A stretch of DNA of 64,000 bases. Origin: a virus (lineage: Duplodnaviria; Caudoviricetes). Position 1 is the stretch's first letter. Every line of letters starts with the position of its first letter. Position numbers and translations under genes: made by a program. The stretch is from positions 1 through 64,000 of the IMG/VR virus record IMGVR_UViG_3300021431_004524, one strand, 5' to 3'. Below the pieces are notes generated by a model. It made no database searches, was not told where the DNA came from, and saw nothing but the letters and a program-made list of their open reading frames with translations. This document shows, piece by piece, positions 1 to 9,715 of the stretch.

Positions 1-783
1 GCTTGGGCAGAGTACGATTCACTCGAACTCGAAACTGAAATGGGTGAGGTTTCATTCCAGCTTACTTCAGTAACTGTTTCTGTTGAAGAGCGTAAACTTC
101 GTGCTACTTGGTCACCTGAACTTGCGCAAGATGTTTCCGCCTTTCACAATATAGACGCTGAGGCTGAATTGACCGCTATCCTTTCAGAGCAGATTGCTGC
201 CGAGGTTGACCGTGAGATTCTTCGTGACATCCGTAAAGCTGCTCCTTGGCAGGCACGTTGGGACTACAACGGTTGGCAGAGAATTGGTACTCCATCAACT
301 GTTTACACACAGAAAGACTGGAACCAGACTCTTATGACTAAGATTAACATGATTTCGGCACAGATTCAGAAATCTACACTTCGTGGTGGTGCTAACTTCA
401 TCGTTGTTTCTGCTGAAATTTCAGCCGTATTGAATGACCTTGAATACTTCCACGTAACAGACGCAAGTGCTGAGAGTGAGCAGTACAACATGGGTATCGA
501 AAAGATTGGTTCGCTCCAAGGTCGTTACCAAGTGATTGTTGACCCATATGCACCACACTGGTCATTGATTATGGGACATCACGGTACATCACTTCTTGAC
601 ACAGGTTACATCTATGCACCATATATTCCAATGGCTTTGACACCAACGATGTACAACCCATTCAACTTTGCACCGGTAAAGGGTATCGCAACTCGTTATG
701 CTAAGAAACTTGTGAACAACCGTTACTATGGCGCAATAAAATGCGATGGCCTCGTCCATTGGGATATAAACGAGTTGCGTTAA
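1..783 (+). CDS. major capsid protein, T4 gp23-like (3' part; frame open from base 1)
   Basis: RKLRATWSPELAQDVSAFHNIDAEAELTAILSEQIAAEVDREI and YAPYIP...NFAPVKGIATRY are hallmark gp23 motifs. Confidence 0.95.
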   Translation, partial: AWAEYDSLELETEMGEVSFQLTSVTVSVEERKLRATWSPELAQDVSAFHNIDAEAELTAILSEQIAAEVDREILRDIRKAAPWQARWDYNGWQRIGTPSTVYTQKDWNQTLMTKINMISAQIQKSTLRGGANFIVVSAEISAVLNDLEYFHVTDASAESEQYNMGIEKIGSLQGRYQVIVDPYAPHWSLIMGHHGTSLLDTGYIYAPYIPMALTPTMYNPFNFAPVKGIATRYAKKLVNNRYYGAIKCDGLVHWDINELR

Positions 784-820
784 GATATAACTATCTGAAA
801 ATTAGTTACTTACAATATTT

Positions 821-856
821 AATAAGGGGATTGTTAGTTCAATCCCTTTATTTTTG
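821..856 (+). terminator. intrinsic terminator after capsid gene
   Basis: aataaggggattg-ttagtt-caatccctttatt followed by T-run. Confidence 0.8.
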
Positions 857-912
857 TATATACTTTTTTATATTGGGATTTTAACGAAAATAACGTTTTT
901 TAACTAAAAATA

Positions 913-944
913 TTTGGAAAATACTCTAAAAAGTAGTATATTTG
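913..944 (+). promoter_or_regulatory. Bacteroidota-type housekeeping promoter (-33 TTTG / -7 TAnnTTTG)
   Basis: TTTG 913-916, 20-nt spacer, TATATTTG 937-944, upstream of 1036. Confidence 0.75.
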
Positions 945-1035
945 CAAAAGATTATTAAAATTAAAAATAAGCAATAGTAAATTGGTATTTTAATGAAAAA
1001 ATAAGATATTTATTATTATAATAAACAAATATATT

Positions 1036-3054
1036 ATGACAGAGGATAAATTTGATTTTTATGTTTATAAAGTAAAACAAAAGCATGGTGATGTATTTGA
1101 CTTTACCAAGGCTAATCCAAACACAGTTAAAGATAAAATGTGTGTTACATGCAAAAAGCACAATATAGATTTTGAAACTACATTTGATAGTTTAATTCAT
1201 AACAACGGAAATTGTCCGGTTTGTAGTGGAAAATACAGAGGCACGGAAGATTTTATAATTAAAATTAAAGAAATACATGGTGACAAGTATGATTTGTCAA
1301 AAGTGAAATACACAAATGCAAGAAGCAAAGTCACTGTTGTATGCCACGAAAATGATGAATTCGGTGATGAACATGGTGAATTTGAAATACGTGCTTGCAA
1401 CTTATTATATGGCATTGGCTGTCCTAAATGTGGCGGACATTATACGTATACACTTGATGAATGGAAACGTAAGGCAAATAAGGTACATAATGGTAAGTAC
1501 ATATATGATAAAGTGACCTCTACGAAAATAAAGGATAAAATAGAAATAATTTGTCCTATTCATGGTTCGTTTTTTCAAACAGCCGGTTCACATTTACAAG
1601 GGTGTGGCTGTCCTGAGTGTAATGGTGGAACAATAGGTAACAAAGAAGAATTTGTGGAAAAGGCTAATGAAGTTCATCACCATTATTATGATTACAAGAA
1701 TTTCATATATGTTAACCGTCGTACAAAGGGTGCTGTAACATGCCCTATACATGGTGATTTCTTGATTGAACCTGATAAGATTCTTCACGGTGTTGGTTGC
1801 CCTAAATGTAAGAGTTCTAAATTAGAAAACATACTTATTGCACGTTTCAATAAGGAGAATATTAATTATGAATATCAATCAAGTGTGTTAAAACTTGGCA
1901 GACAAACCGTTGATTTCTATCTAAAGGGTAAAAGCATAATAATTGAATGTCAAGGTGAGCAACATTATACTCCGGTCAGATTTACAAAGAAGATGACAGA
2001 TGATGATGCTAAGAATTTGTTTGAGGAACGTAAAAGACTTGATGCTGAAAAGTATGATAAAGCCAAGAAATTAGGCATTGAAATTATATATTTTGTAATT
2101 CCGTCGTATTTTATACAAAATAATGTATCAATAGATTTACCATTTTACAAAGATAAAAAAGTATTTACACAAGTAAATGAACTTGTTGAATATATTAATT
2201 CAATTGAAAACTACGAAGTTTGCGACAATTTCAAAAAGTTTGTAATTGACATTAAAAATCGTGTTACAAAAGACATCGTGCAATTAAAAAACAATATGTT
2301 TAAAAGTAAAGATTTTATAATACACTTTGTGCCTATTGAGCATAATGACCGTGATTCATTAAACAGTATATCAAGGATGTACCGTAAAAAAGGGATAAAT
2401 GTAATTCATGTGTTTGAAGATGAATATATTAACTGTAGAGAAATTGTCATATCAAAATTAATACATATATTAAAGACAAATACATCTTATAAAAAGGTTT
2501 TTGCAAGGAAGTGTATAATAAAAGAAATTGAATCCGTTGAAGCATTTGAGTTCCTTACTAAAAACCACATACAAGGTCCGGCCAAAGCAACTGTTCATTT
2601 AGGTGCTTATTATAATGAAACACTCGTTGGTGTAATGTCATTTTTATGCGGAAAAAATAATGCGTGGGAATTAGTCAGATTTGCAAGTGACAATAATTAT
2701 ATATGTTGTGGTATAGGTGGTAAGTTGTTCAATTATTTTGTTAACCATTATTCATATTCAGAAATAAAGTCGTTTGCAGATAAACGATGGACTTATAACA
2801 GTCTTGACAATATATACACTAAACTCGGTTTTGAACTTGACAGCACTTTAATGCCGGAGTATCGCTATTATAAGATTGGATGTGAAGATAAGACACGGCA
2901 TCATAAGTTTGGCTTCCGAAAACAGAAATTAAATAAGAAATATGGCTTGGATTTGAAGATGACTGAACTTGAAATGACTAAAAAACTTGGCTATGACCGT
3001 ATTTGGGATTGTGGTTTAATCAAGTATATTTATAGGAATCCGAACTATTTATAA
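1036..3054 (+). CDS. free-standing homing-endonuclease-like protein (Zn-ribbon repeats + Vsr/DUF559-like nuclease + C-terminal GNAT/Mom-like domain), copy 1
   Basis: repeated CxxHGxF...GCPxC modules; VDFYL...IIIECQGEQHY nuclease motif; C-terminal FARKC...NHIQG...ELVRFAS...SFADKRW...RIWDCG; paralogous to 35220..37103 and 50847..52520. Confidence 0.8.
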   Translation: MTEDKFDFYVYKVKQKHGDVFDFTKANPNTVKDKMCVTCKKHNIDFETTFDSLIHNNGNCPVCSGKYRGTEDFIIKIKEIHGDKYDLSKVKYTNARSKVTVVCHENDEFGDEHGEFEIRACNLLYGIGCPKCGGHYTYTLDEWKRKANKVHNGKYIYDKVTSTKIKDKIEIICPIHGSFFQTAGSHLQGCGCPECNGGTIGNKEEFVEKANEVHHHYYDYKNFIYVNRRTKGAVTCPIHGDFLIEPDKILHGVGCPKCKSSKLENILIARFNKENINYEYQSSVLKLGRQTVDFYLKGKSIIIECQGEQHYTPVRFTKKMTDDDAKNLFEERKRLDAEKYDKAKKLGIEIIYFVIPSYFIQNNVSIDLPFYKDKKVFTQVNELVEYINSIENYEVCDNFKKFVIDIKNRVTKDIVQLKNNMFKSKDFIIHFVPIEHNDRDSLNSISRMYRKKGINVIHVFEDEYINCREIVISKLIHILKTNTSYKKVFARKCIIKEIESVEAFEFLTKNHIQGPAKATVHLGAYYNETLVGVMSFLCGKNNAWELVRFASDNNYICCGIGGKLFNYFVNHYSYSEIKSFADKRWTYNSLDNIYTKLGFELDSTLMPEYRYYKIGCEDKTRHHKFGFRKQKLNKKYGLDLKMTELEMTKKLGYDRIWDCGLIKYIYRNPNYL

Positions 3055-3075
3055 TAAATACATAATTTAAAAACG

Positions 3076-3792
3076 ATGGCTAAAATTTCAGCAGACGATA
3101 TATTCAATGAAGTAAAAAGGGAAATATTCAATCTTAGGAATAAGGGTGAATTGAAAGTACCTATTGTTGCAGACAATTATACCGTTCCTACAGAGGACGA
3201 TATGTTAAAGGCATATTGGCAGGAGGAAAACAATATAACGGTAGCATATAGAGGTCAGAAAAGGTTAATTCCTTGTCCTATTACGGCTAAGAATGATGAA
3301 TACATTGCAAGGTGTATTATGCAGGGATTTGCCCAAATTTATCTTGGCCGTAACGAAAGCAAGAATATCAGCCGTGAGGATGCAATAAATGTAATGGAAA
3401 ATACAATTACAAGACTTGTGAATGAGGGCTTGATGGAAGTGGATGACAGTGCTGTTGGAGAGGGTGAAGATGAAGGAGAAGTTCACCTCATAACAGATAA
3501 CAACAGAATTATACTTAATGTATTACATGAATTGTGTGGAAATTATCCACATTATGTTACATGTGATATTGACAAATACGATGCTGTCGTTGATTTCAGT
3601 GATTTATACATTATTGTAAGTATGAATGACCAGGGTTATATCTATGTAAGCAAGGTTGAGGGAAGCGTACTTGACAATAAACAGTTTGCTGCTGAGTTAT
3701 GGAAAGAGGTTGGTGAATGTGTGAATAAGATAAACAATTTCAATCATAAATTAACAGATTTGAATATTAGCGGCAGAAGCAGTCGTTTTTAA
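3076..3792 (+). CDS. hypothetical protein
   Basis: 238-aa ORF, TATTTAT 23 nt upstream, terminator downstream. Confidence 0.75.
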   Translation: MAKISADDIFNEVKREIFNLRNKGELKVPIVADNYTVPTEDDMLKAYWQEENNITVAYRGQKRLIPCPITAKNDEYIARCIMQGFAQIYLGRNESKNISREDAINVMENTITRLVNEGLMEVDDSAVGEGEDEGEVHLITDNNRIILNVLHELCGNYPHYVTCDIDKYDAVVDFSDLYIIVSMNDQGYIYVSKVEGSVLDNKQFAAELWKEVGECVNKINNFNHKLTDLNISGRSSRF

Positions 3793-3801
3793 TAACAAAT
3801 A

Positions 3802-3835
3802 AGGACTACTCTTAATTGGGTAGTCCTCTTTTTTT
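3802..3835. terminator. terminator between convergent genes
   Basis: aggactactc-ttaatt-gggtagtcct followed by T-run. Confidence 0.7.
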
Positions 3836-4231
3836 GTATCTTAGCATATCATCCGAATCTACGTATAATCCGTCATAAAATTCCCAATGGTATTTTGTTG
3901 TTTCATGTATTCCGTTTATTACTATTTTATCCCAAATGATTTTCTTTTCAAACCCATTACGCCAACCAAGTTTTACATATTCCGAATATACTTTTTCAGC
4001 AGGATGATTAATGCGTTTTAAAAGCCATCTTTTTAAATATTTCTTTATTTTCTTCTGACTTAGATAGTCGTAGTCAGTTTCATCATATGGGTCATCGTAG
4101 GAAGTTTTACTGAATGGTACGAATTGTGAATTTTCCCATTTTTTCTTAACAAAATACCGGTCAAACTTATCGTGGCAGTTAACCACACAGTATTTGATTT
4201 TGTGTTTTAATTTATAATCTTTTTTTCTCAT
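3812..4231 (-). CDS. hypothetical basic protein
   Basis: 139-aa ORF with LKRWLLKRIN...EKVYSE...GLYVD pattern; preceded by leader ORF and hairpin. Confidence 0.65.
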   Translation of the reverse strand: MRKKDYKLKHKIKYCVVNCHDKFDRYFVKKKWENSQFVPFSKTSYDDPYDETDYDYLSQKKIKKYLKRWLLKRINHPAEKVYSEYVKLGWRNGFEKKIIWDKIVINGIHETTKYHWEFYDGLYVDSDDMLRYKKRGLPN

Positions 4232-4232
4232 T

Positions 4233-4283
4233 GTAGGTAAACTTATATATTACCTACCAGTGTTGTCTCTTGAATTGTTTCAT
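4233..4283 (-). promoter_or_regulatory. putative leader peptide MKQFKRQHW (4283..4254) whose stop lies in an 8-bp hairpin abutting the next ATG
   Basis: minus strand ATG AAA CAA TTC AAG AGA CAA CAC TGG TAG; stem gtaggtaa/ttacctac 4233-4257; ATG at 4231. Confidence 0.45.
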
Positions 4284-4286
4284 ACG

Positions 4287-5723
4287 CTAATTAAAATGTT
4301 CCTTAACATCATTTATTATATCAAATTCAAGCATATCCCTATGATATGTTTCCTCATAATCATACTTGGCTTTAATATCAATATAGTATCTCGATGGTAT
4401 TAAGTCATTAGTATTGATGAAGAAATAATTTGAGTTGTATGCTCTTTCGACTTTCGTGTATGAAATAACGTCTATTTCCCTTTCACCTTGCATTGTATAT
4501 AATCTATATTCAAGGTTATCGACGGCATAAATCTGATTTGTTGTGTAAGGTATTTTGCAATCAATTGATACTTTCCTTATATCTCCACGTCTGATTCTTT
4601 CAAGGTTATTGATACCATATAAGTATGGTTGGAATTTTACCTTTTCTGTTTCTTCTGAAGGAAGACCGAATGAGAAATATCCGGACGGTGATTTTGTCAC
4701 GAAACTCAATTCAACGTCAGGAATTTCATGTCCTTTGTATTTGATATTCTTCCATACATCATAGAGCATTGTATCCGGTTCATATTCTTCGGATGACAAT
4801 TTAATATCAATATAGTAAACACCTTTTGTCGCTTGTTTTGCGACGATTTCAGCCCCATTTACGTCGCAGATGGGTAATTCATCCAAATTAACGGTATTAC
4901 CGCCCACAGAGGCATAAAAATAGAGTTTATTGTCTTTATCAAGATAGAAGTCTGTGCGGTCATCGTCTATTGTCTCATCATATGTGGTTTCGATGTACGG
5001 TTCATAAAATGAATTTGTGTGTTGTGTAAAGAATCCGACATATTGTGACATATCAGTTTTTGTCTGTTCAAATGCGGGTGAGAATGCGATACCAATTCCA
5101 TAGTTGCACAATTCACCTGTAATGAATTTATTAAACGTGCCTGTTATGTCGAACACGATAGGTTCATTACCTACGTCAAAATGTTGATAACCAATAATGA
5201 CATTTGAAAGATTACCCTTCAATGAAGTGAATAAGTCAACTTCGTTTGATAGACGTTCTGTGCTATATATGCCTTCACTATCCCATTTACAATAATCCCT
5301 GAACTGATACCAACTGCAACCGTCTACTGATACAGAACGGTGGTCACTATCATATAAGTCTTGTGCATAGTCGAAACCTCTCCCGCTATCCCAATCGTTA
5401 GGTATAAGGAAGAAAATCAAGTCAAATGATACTGCACGTTTCTTATGATATTGATATTCGCTGTCTAATGTCGGACAGTTAATATTCTTGTCTCTTACAG
5501 AAGAGGCGTTGGTCATGTGCAATACATGTTTAAGTTTGGAAATATCAGGATATATTTTATCTTCAACCATTTGTTTTACTTTGTTATGGTCAAAGTAAAT
5601 CAATCCACGTGTAATCATCTTTCCGTAATTAAGTTCCATTACCGGATTGAGGCTTGTATTACACGGATTATCCTTTATAATGGTATTACTTTTACTGATA
5701 AAAGTCTTCGTATTTATTGCCAT
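4287..5723 (-). CDS. hypothetical protein, probable virion/baseplate component
   Basis: 478-aa beta-rich ORF, TATTTAT 21 nt upstream, next to gp5-like gene. Confidence 0.7.
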   Translation of the reverse strand: MAINTKTFISKSNTIIKDNPCNTSLNPVMELNYGKMITRGLIYFDHNKVKQMVEDKIYPDISKLKHVLHMTNASSVRDKNINCPTLDSEYQYHKKRAVSFDLIFFLIPNDWDSGRGFDYAQDLYDSDHRSVSVDGCSWYQFRDYCKWDSEGIYSTERLSNEVDLFTSLKGNLSNVIIGYQHFDVGNEPIVFDITGTFNKFITGELCNYGIGIAFSPAFEQTKTDMSQYVGFFTQHTNSFYEPYIETTYDETIDDDRTDFYLDKDNKLYFYASVGGNTVNLDELPICDVNGAEIVAKQATKGVYYIDIKLSSEEYEPDTMLYDVWKNIKYKGHEIPDVELSFVTKSPSGYFSFGLPSEETEKVKFQPYLYGINNLERIRRGDIRKVSIDCKIPYTTNQIYAVDNLEYRLYTMQGEREIDVISYTKVERAYNSNYFFINTNDLIPSRYYIDIKAKYDYEETYHRDMLEFDIINDVKEHFN

Positions 5724-5754
5724 TTAATTTATTGCTATATGTTTATAAATAGAC

Positions 5755-5782
5755 AAAAAATCCGATTAAAAATATAATCGGA
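5755..5782 (-). terminator. intrinsic terminator
   Basis: tccgatta-aaaata-taatcgga with A-run on plus strand (U-run on minus). Confidence 0.65.
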
Positions 5783-5783
5783 C

Positions 5784-6668
5784 TTAGTTTATTCTTATTG
5801 AATTTGAAAGCATTTCATCAAGATGTGACTTAGTGGTGAGTTTTTCCAGGTCCGGTTCTGTCAGACAAGGCTTATCCATTGGGAATGGGTGTGTGTGATT
5901 TAAGAATATCCTTATGAATTCCTTTATAAACGCTATTAATTCATCACCGTAAGGCAATTGGTGTGCATTCTGAAATACTTTTACCATTTCTTCCTCTGTG
6001 ATTAACTTTTCCGGGTCTGTCAAATTGAAATATGACCTTGAATCGTGTGACAAAAGATTAATTCTGTCCGCCACGATGTTTATAAGGCTTGAAAAATCAT
6101 TATTCTTATGGTCTTTCATATTCTTATATTTCATTTGGATGTAACCAAGGTCAACTTTATTGAATTTAAGGCAATCATTCTTGTGTGCAAGAGAGTTTTT
6201 CTTGAAACCACAACGTAGTCTTAATTCAGATGGTTTAAGTATAAGGTCAGAATTTCCCCTACCTTGAAAAGCAATGTCTTCCCTATCCGGCAATGTGCCG
6301 TTATTATCGGGGTCAAGGCTTGGTGCCGGAAGTGGTTTTGCAATCTGATTACCCATAAGAAGACTTTGTGCTGAATATGCATAAGCATCAAAATCCATTT
6401 TCTGAGGTTGTGAAATTACCGGTCCAATAAAGAATCTGTCACCTTTACCGTCACCCATGCTTTGGAGAAATACCAAGACCATTTCATTTTGTTTTGGATT
6501 AATGTGCGCAAATTTAGGTAATAAAGGGAAGACATAAGGTAACTCACTAATAGGTGCTTCACTGTCATCTACATATGGTATTCTTACCTTAATTCTAAGT
6601 CCTTCATTATCATCGAATACAGATAATACACGGCACAGATAAATTAGATTGTTATTAGTAATTTCCAT
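5784..6668 (-). CDS. baseplate hub/spike protein with gp5/VgrG-like N-terminal OB fold
   Basis: V..V.DD.EGLRIKVRIP...FPLLP...PKQNEMVLVF...RFFIGP; QGRGNSDLIL; C-terminal NHTHP. Confidence 0.7.
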   Translation of the reverse strand: MEITNNNLIYLCRVLSVFDDNEGLRIKVRIPYVDDSEAPISELPYVFPLLPKFAHINPKQNEMVLVFLQSMGDGKGDRFFIGPVISQPQKMDFDAYAYSAQSLLMGNQIAKPLPAPSLDPDNNGTLPDREDIAFQGRGNSDLILKPSELRLRCGFKKNSLAHKNDCLKFNKVDLGYIQMKYKNMKDHKNNDFSSLINIVADRINLLSHDSRSYFNLTDPEKLITEEEMVKVFQNAHQLPYGDELIAFIKEFIRIFLNHTHPFPMDKPCLTEPDLEKLTTKSHLDEMLSNSIRIN

Positions 6669-6850
6669 TAGTTATTTCCTTCCCTTTTATTTAACAAATC
6701 ATCTATCTTGTCATATTCCTCTTTAGCGGAAAGCATTAAAGCATATGCCTTTGCTATTACTGATTTCTGGTTTTCGAACTCATTAAGAAGTGTTCTTTTC
6801 CTCTCTTTAAGTTCATCATTACTCATCATTTCTATTTTTCTTGTTGCCAT
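6668..6850 (-). CDS. small coiled-coil hypothetical protein
   Basis: 60 aa, translationally coupled to neighbours. Confidence 0.65.
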   Translation of the reverse strand: MATRKIEMMSNDELKERKRTLLNEFENQKSVIAKAYALMLSAKEEYDKIDDLLNKREGNN

Positions 6851-6854
6851 ATTC

Positions 6855-7250
6855 CTATTCTATAATTCCTAATGTTCTTGTTATCATTGGATTCGTTGAA
6901 GTAACGACCACAGGACCGCCGGCATTAGAACCGGTTCCTATTGACATTATTATACCCGGTTCAATGACACTTGTAACCCTTGCATTGTCTTTAAATTCTT
7001 TGACAATTTCCTCTGATATTATTCTTACAAACCCATTAATTTTATTTGGCGAACCGTCGGCATTGACACCGGTTTCAATTCCTGCTTCTGGTAGTCTTCT
7101 TATTATGGCACTTGTTAAAGCAATAGCCGAAAGTCCTGGCCTTCTATATAATTCACATATAAGCAGTAATGGCGGTATCATCTTCAATGCCGGACGAATA
7201 CCACTAAATGCTTTTTCTATTCCTTGTGCAATACTTGTAATCCAACTCAT
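6855..7250 (-). CDS. hypothetical protein, possible baseplate spike-associated
   Basis: 131 aa, C-terminal GTGSNAGGPVVVT beta-strand pattern; operon context. Confidence 0.65.
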   Translation of the reverse strand: MSWITSIAQGIEKAFSGIRPALKMIPPLLLICELYRRPGLSAIALTSAIIRRLPEAGIETGVNADGSPNKINGFVRIISEEIVKEFKDNARVTSVIEPGIIMSIGTGSNAGGPVVVTSTNPMITRTLGIIE

Positions 7251-7265
7251 TCTTCTTTTTATTTT

Positions 7266-9281
7266 TTAACATTCATTATCAATTGGTTCTCCGACTTCTT
7301 CAAGAATATCAGCATAGTTCACATTATCGGTATTAAAGTCAAGGTCGCCTCTATTACTTCTGAAGCAGTCGATAAGTCTTCTGATTAGACGCATATAATA
7401 CTGCGCTTGTTCAACGGTAAGTTTTATTGCGACTTCCTTAGCCAAATCAGCAAGTATTTTCATCAGTTCATCCACAAGATATTGAATTAATGCGTCACGG
7501 ACGGCACGAATCATTTCAACAATCATTTGTCGGTATTTCTCAATAAAGTCACTTAAAGAGAAACTTGTACTTTGTCCTAAGATTTGGAGGTTTATCGCAA
7601 ATACCAAATACACTTTTGGTGAAAGTATTGACATCACTATCACGTAAGCGAGGTTATTCATAATATTTTCTATGAAGTTGATTTGCGCACCAAAATTAAG
7701 TTTATCCTTTTCTTCATAGTTTACATCAGAAATCATTCCGCTTATTTCAGTTAAAGCACCTTCAATTACAGTTTGAACGGTTTCCTTAGATGAGCCGGCA
7801 TTTATTGTATTAAGACTATTAAGAATTGATTCAGCATCTATTCTGACACCTGTTGGGTTATCAGTATCCATTGAATACAGACCTTCTCTTGTAAGTTCTG
7901 CTTTCTGCAACATCTTGTCATAGTCAGCATTAGTAAAAGTGAAGAAACAGTCACTTACGACACTATCATCACTTTCAATGACAGACTGTACCATTTTCTG
8001 TGTTTCGTATTTAATCAGAAGTTGCTCATATGACAAATTCAAATCAATAGATATACAACCGGTCAATGCATCGATTAATTGTGCTGCAAGAGTCTTTGAA
8101 TCGAATAATTTCAAAGACATAACGTAATCAGTATTGAATTCTATAAGAGTGTGATGGTAATAGTAATTTTGTTCAATTTTACGATAATTTGATGGATTAT
8201 CAAGGCTTGCAAGTTTACCTTTCAATTGACTTATCAGTGATAGTTTTTCACTAACTAAACTTGTAATTTCAGTTTGTTTACCTTCAATCTGAGTAGTCAA
8301 ATCTCCTTGTTCTTGAGTGAGTGAATCATATTCACTTAAATAGTACTCTTTGTCAACTATTTGTTCGGCGTATTGTCTTTGAAGTTCTTCTAAATCAATT
8401 GCTATACTTTCAAGTTCTGTTTGTAATTCTTCAATTTCTGCTTTTTTTTCTACAATCTCCTTATCTTTATTCGCAATTTTGGCTTCAAGTTTGTCTATAT
8501 CTGTCGTATCTTGTACGTTACCAAGAAAGACTTGCAGACAATGGTTATGTGGTGTCTGTAAATATGGTTCTTCACTTCCACGTCCAGTTCCATCAGATTT
8601 TCTTAAACTACTTGGTCTTTCACAGTATTGAATTGTAATGATACCATGCTTTTTTTTACATTTTTCTGGTCCCCGTGATGGTGGCTTTGAATAGGGGTCT
8701 TCAGGGTCAGGAATTTTTTGTACTATTTTACTGTTTCCCTCTTCATCCTCATAGGCTATTGAATTGACACCATACCATACTTGTCTTCTTAATGATTTAT
8801 TTTTCGTATGCCATAAGAATGCATTAAAGTCACCGGCCTTTACCAATTCATCAGTATATGTAAAACCATCACAGCCGAAATAGTAATATTGTCCTAATTT
8901 TTCAAGTGGACAATAACTAAGCATATTGATTAAATCAAGTGTCCTTAAATCAAAAACAATACCGTTTTTGAGAAGTTCTTCTGTGATAAACGGATTTAAT
9001 GAACACGTCAAAAGATTTTTAATGTTTGACAATAAAACACCCTTAACTGATATTTCAAGTGCAGGAAGAGCAGTTGCAAGAAAGGTGGATATAATTTTTA
9101 AGAAGATATTATATCCGGTTGTGCTTTTAAACAAATCCATCAAGAATGGGAATGGGTTTGTTGACCTATTAAAAGACAGGTTCGTATTTGTTTCATCAAA
9201 CTCAGGAAACCTATCTAATATTGTAAGCGCAGCATTAACTATCGCAAGTGCTTCATCCTTTGTCTTTTTGATGTCAGCCAT
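7266..9281 (-). CDS. hypothetical protein with central coiled coil
   Basis: 671-aa ORF, coupled to 9281..9691. Confidence 0.8.
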   Translation of the reverse strand: MADIKKTKDEALAIVNAALTILDRFPEFDETNTNLSFNRSTNPFPFLMDLFKSTTGYNIFLKIISTFLATALPALEISVKGVLLSNIKNLLTCSLNPFITEELLKNGIVFDLRTLDLINMLSYCPLEKLGQYYYFGCDGFTYTDELVKAGDFNAFLWHTKNKSLRRQVWYGVNSIAYEDEEGNSKIVQKIPDPEDPYSKPPSRGPEKCKKKHGIITIQYCERPSSLRKSDGTGRGSEEPYLQTPHNHCLQVFLGNVQDTTDIDKLEAKIANKDKEIVEKKAEIEELQTELESIAIDLEELQRQYAEQIVDKEYYLSEYDSLTQEQGDLTTQIEGKQTEITSLVSEKLSLISQLKGKLASLDNPSNYRKIEQNYYYHHTLIEFNTDYVMSLKLFDSKTLAAQLIDALTGCISIDLNLSYEQLLIKYETQKMVQSVIESDDSVVSDCFFTFTNADYDKMLQKAELTREGLYSMDTDNPTGVRIDAESILNSLNTINAGSSKETVQTVIEGALTEISGMISDVNYEEKDKLNFGAQINFIENIMNNLAYVIVMSILSPKVYLVFAINLQILGQSTSFSLSDFIEKYRQMIVEMIRAVRDALIQYLVDELMKILADLAKEVAIKLTVEQAQYYMRLIRRLIDCFRSNRGDLDFNTDNVNYADILEEVGEPIDNEC

Positions 9282-9691
9282 TAGTTAAGTTTATATTCAA
9301 TTTTTTCGTCTTGTTTATTGTTTGACTCGTTTCCGTTCTTATTGACCATATCCATCAATTCACTCCAATCTCCGACGGCTTCACTTTCCTCGAATGTCTT
9401 TGACACGTTACCATTGAACTTAAGTATTTCGGACATAAGTTTTGCAATTTCTATCTTACGTCCAATCGCCTTGTCCTTGTTGGTAATGAAATCATTCATT
9501 GCCTTTGCATATTTTGCCTTTGAGTCTACTATCTCATTATTGAGGTTTATTGAATTTGATAGTTTATTCATCTCATTCTGTATTGCCTCAATATTCTTAC
9601 AAGTCTCATTATACAATTCCTGCAAAAGTTCCTCTATTTTCTCTGCCGAATTTAATTTGAGTTTATAACGTTTAAGAGGTTTAACTGCCAT
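9281..9691 (-). CDS. hypothetical coiled-coil protein
   Basis: 136 aa, in operon. Confidence 0.75.
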   Translation of the reverse strand: MAVKPLKRYKLKLNSAEKIEELLQELYNETCKNIEAIQNEMNKLSNSINLNNEIVDSKAKYAKAMNDFITNKDKAIGRKIEIAKLMSEILKFNGNVSKTFEESEAVGDWSELMDMVNKNGNESNNKQDEKIEYKLN

Positions 9692-9715
9692 TTTACTAAT
9701 ACCTATATATTATAA

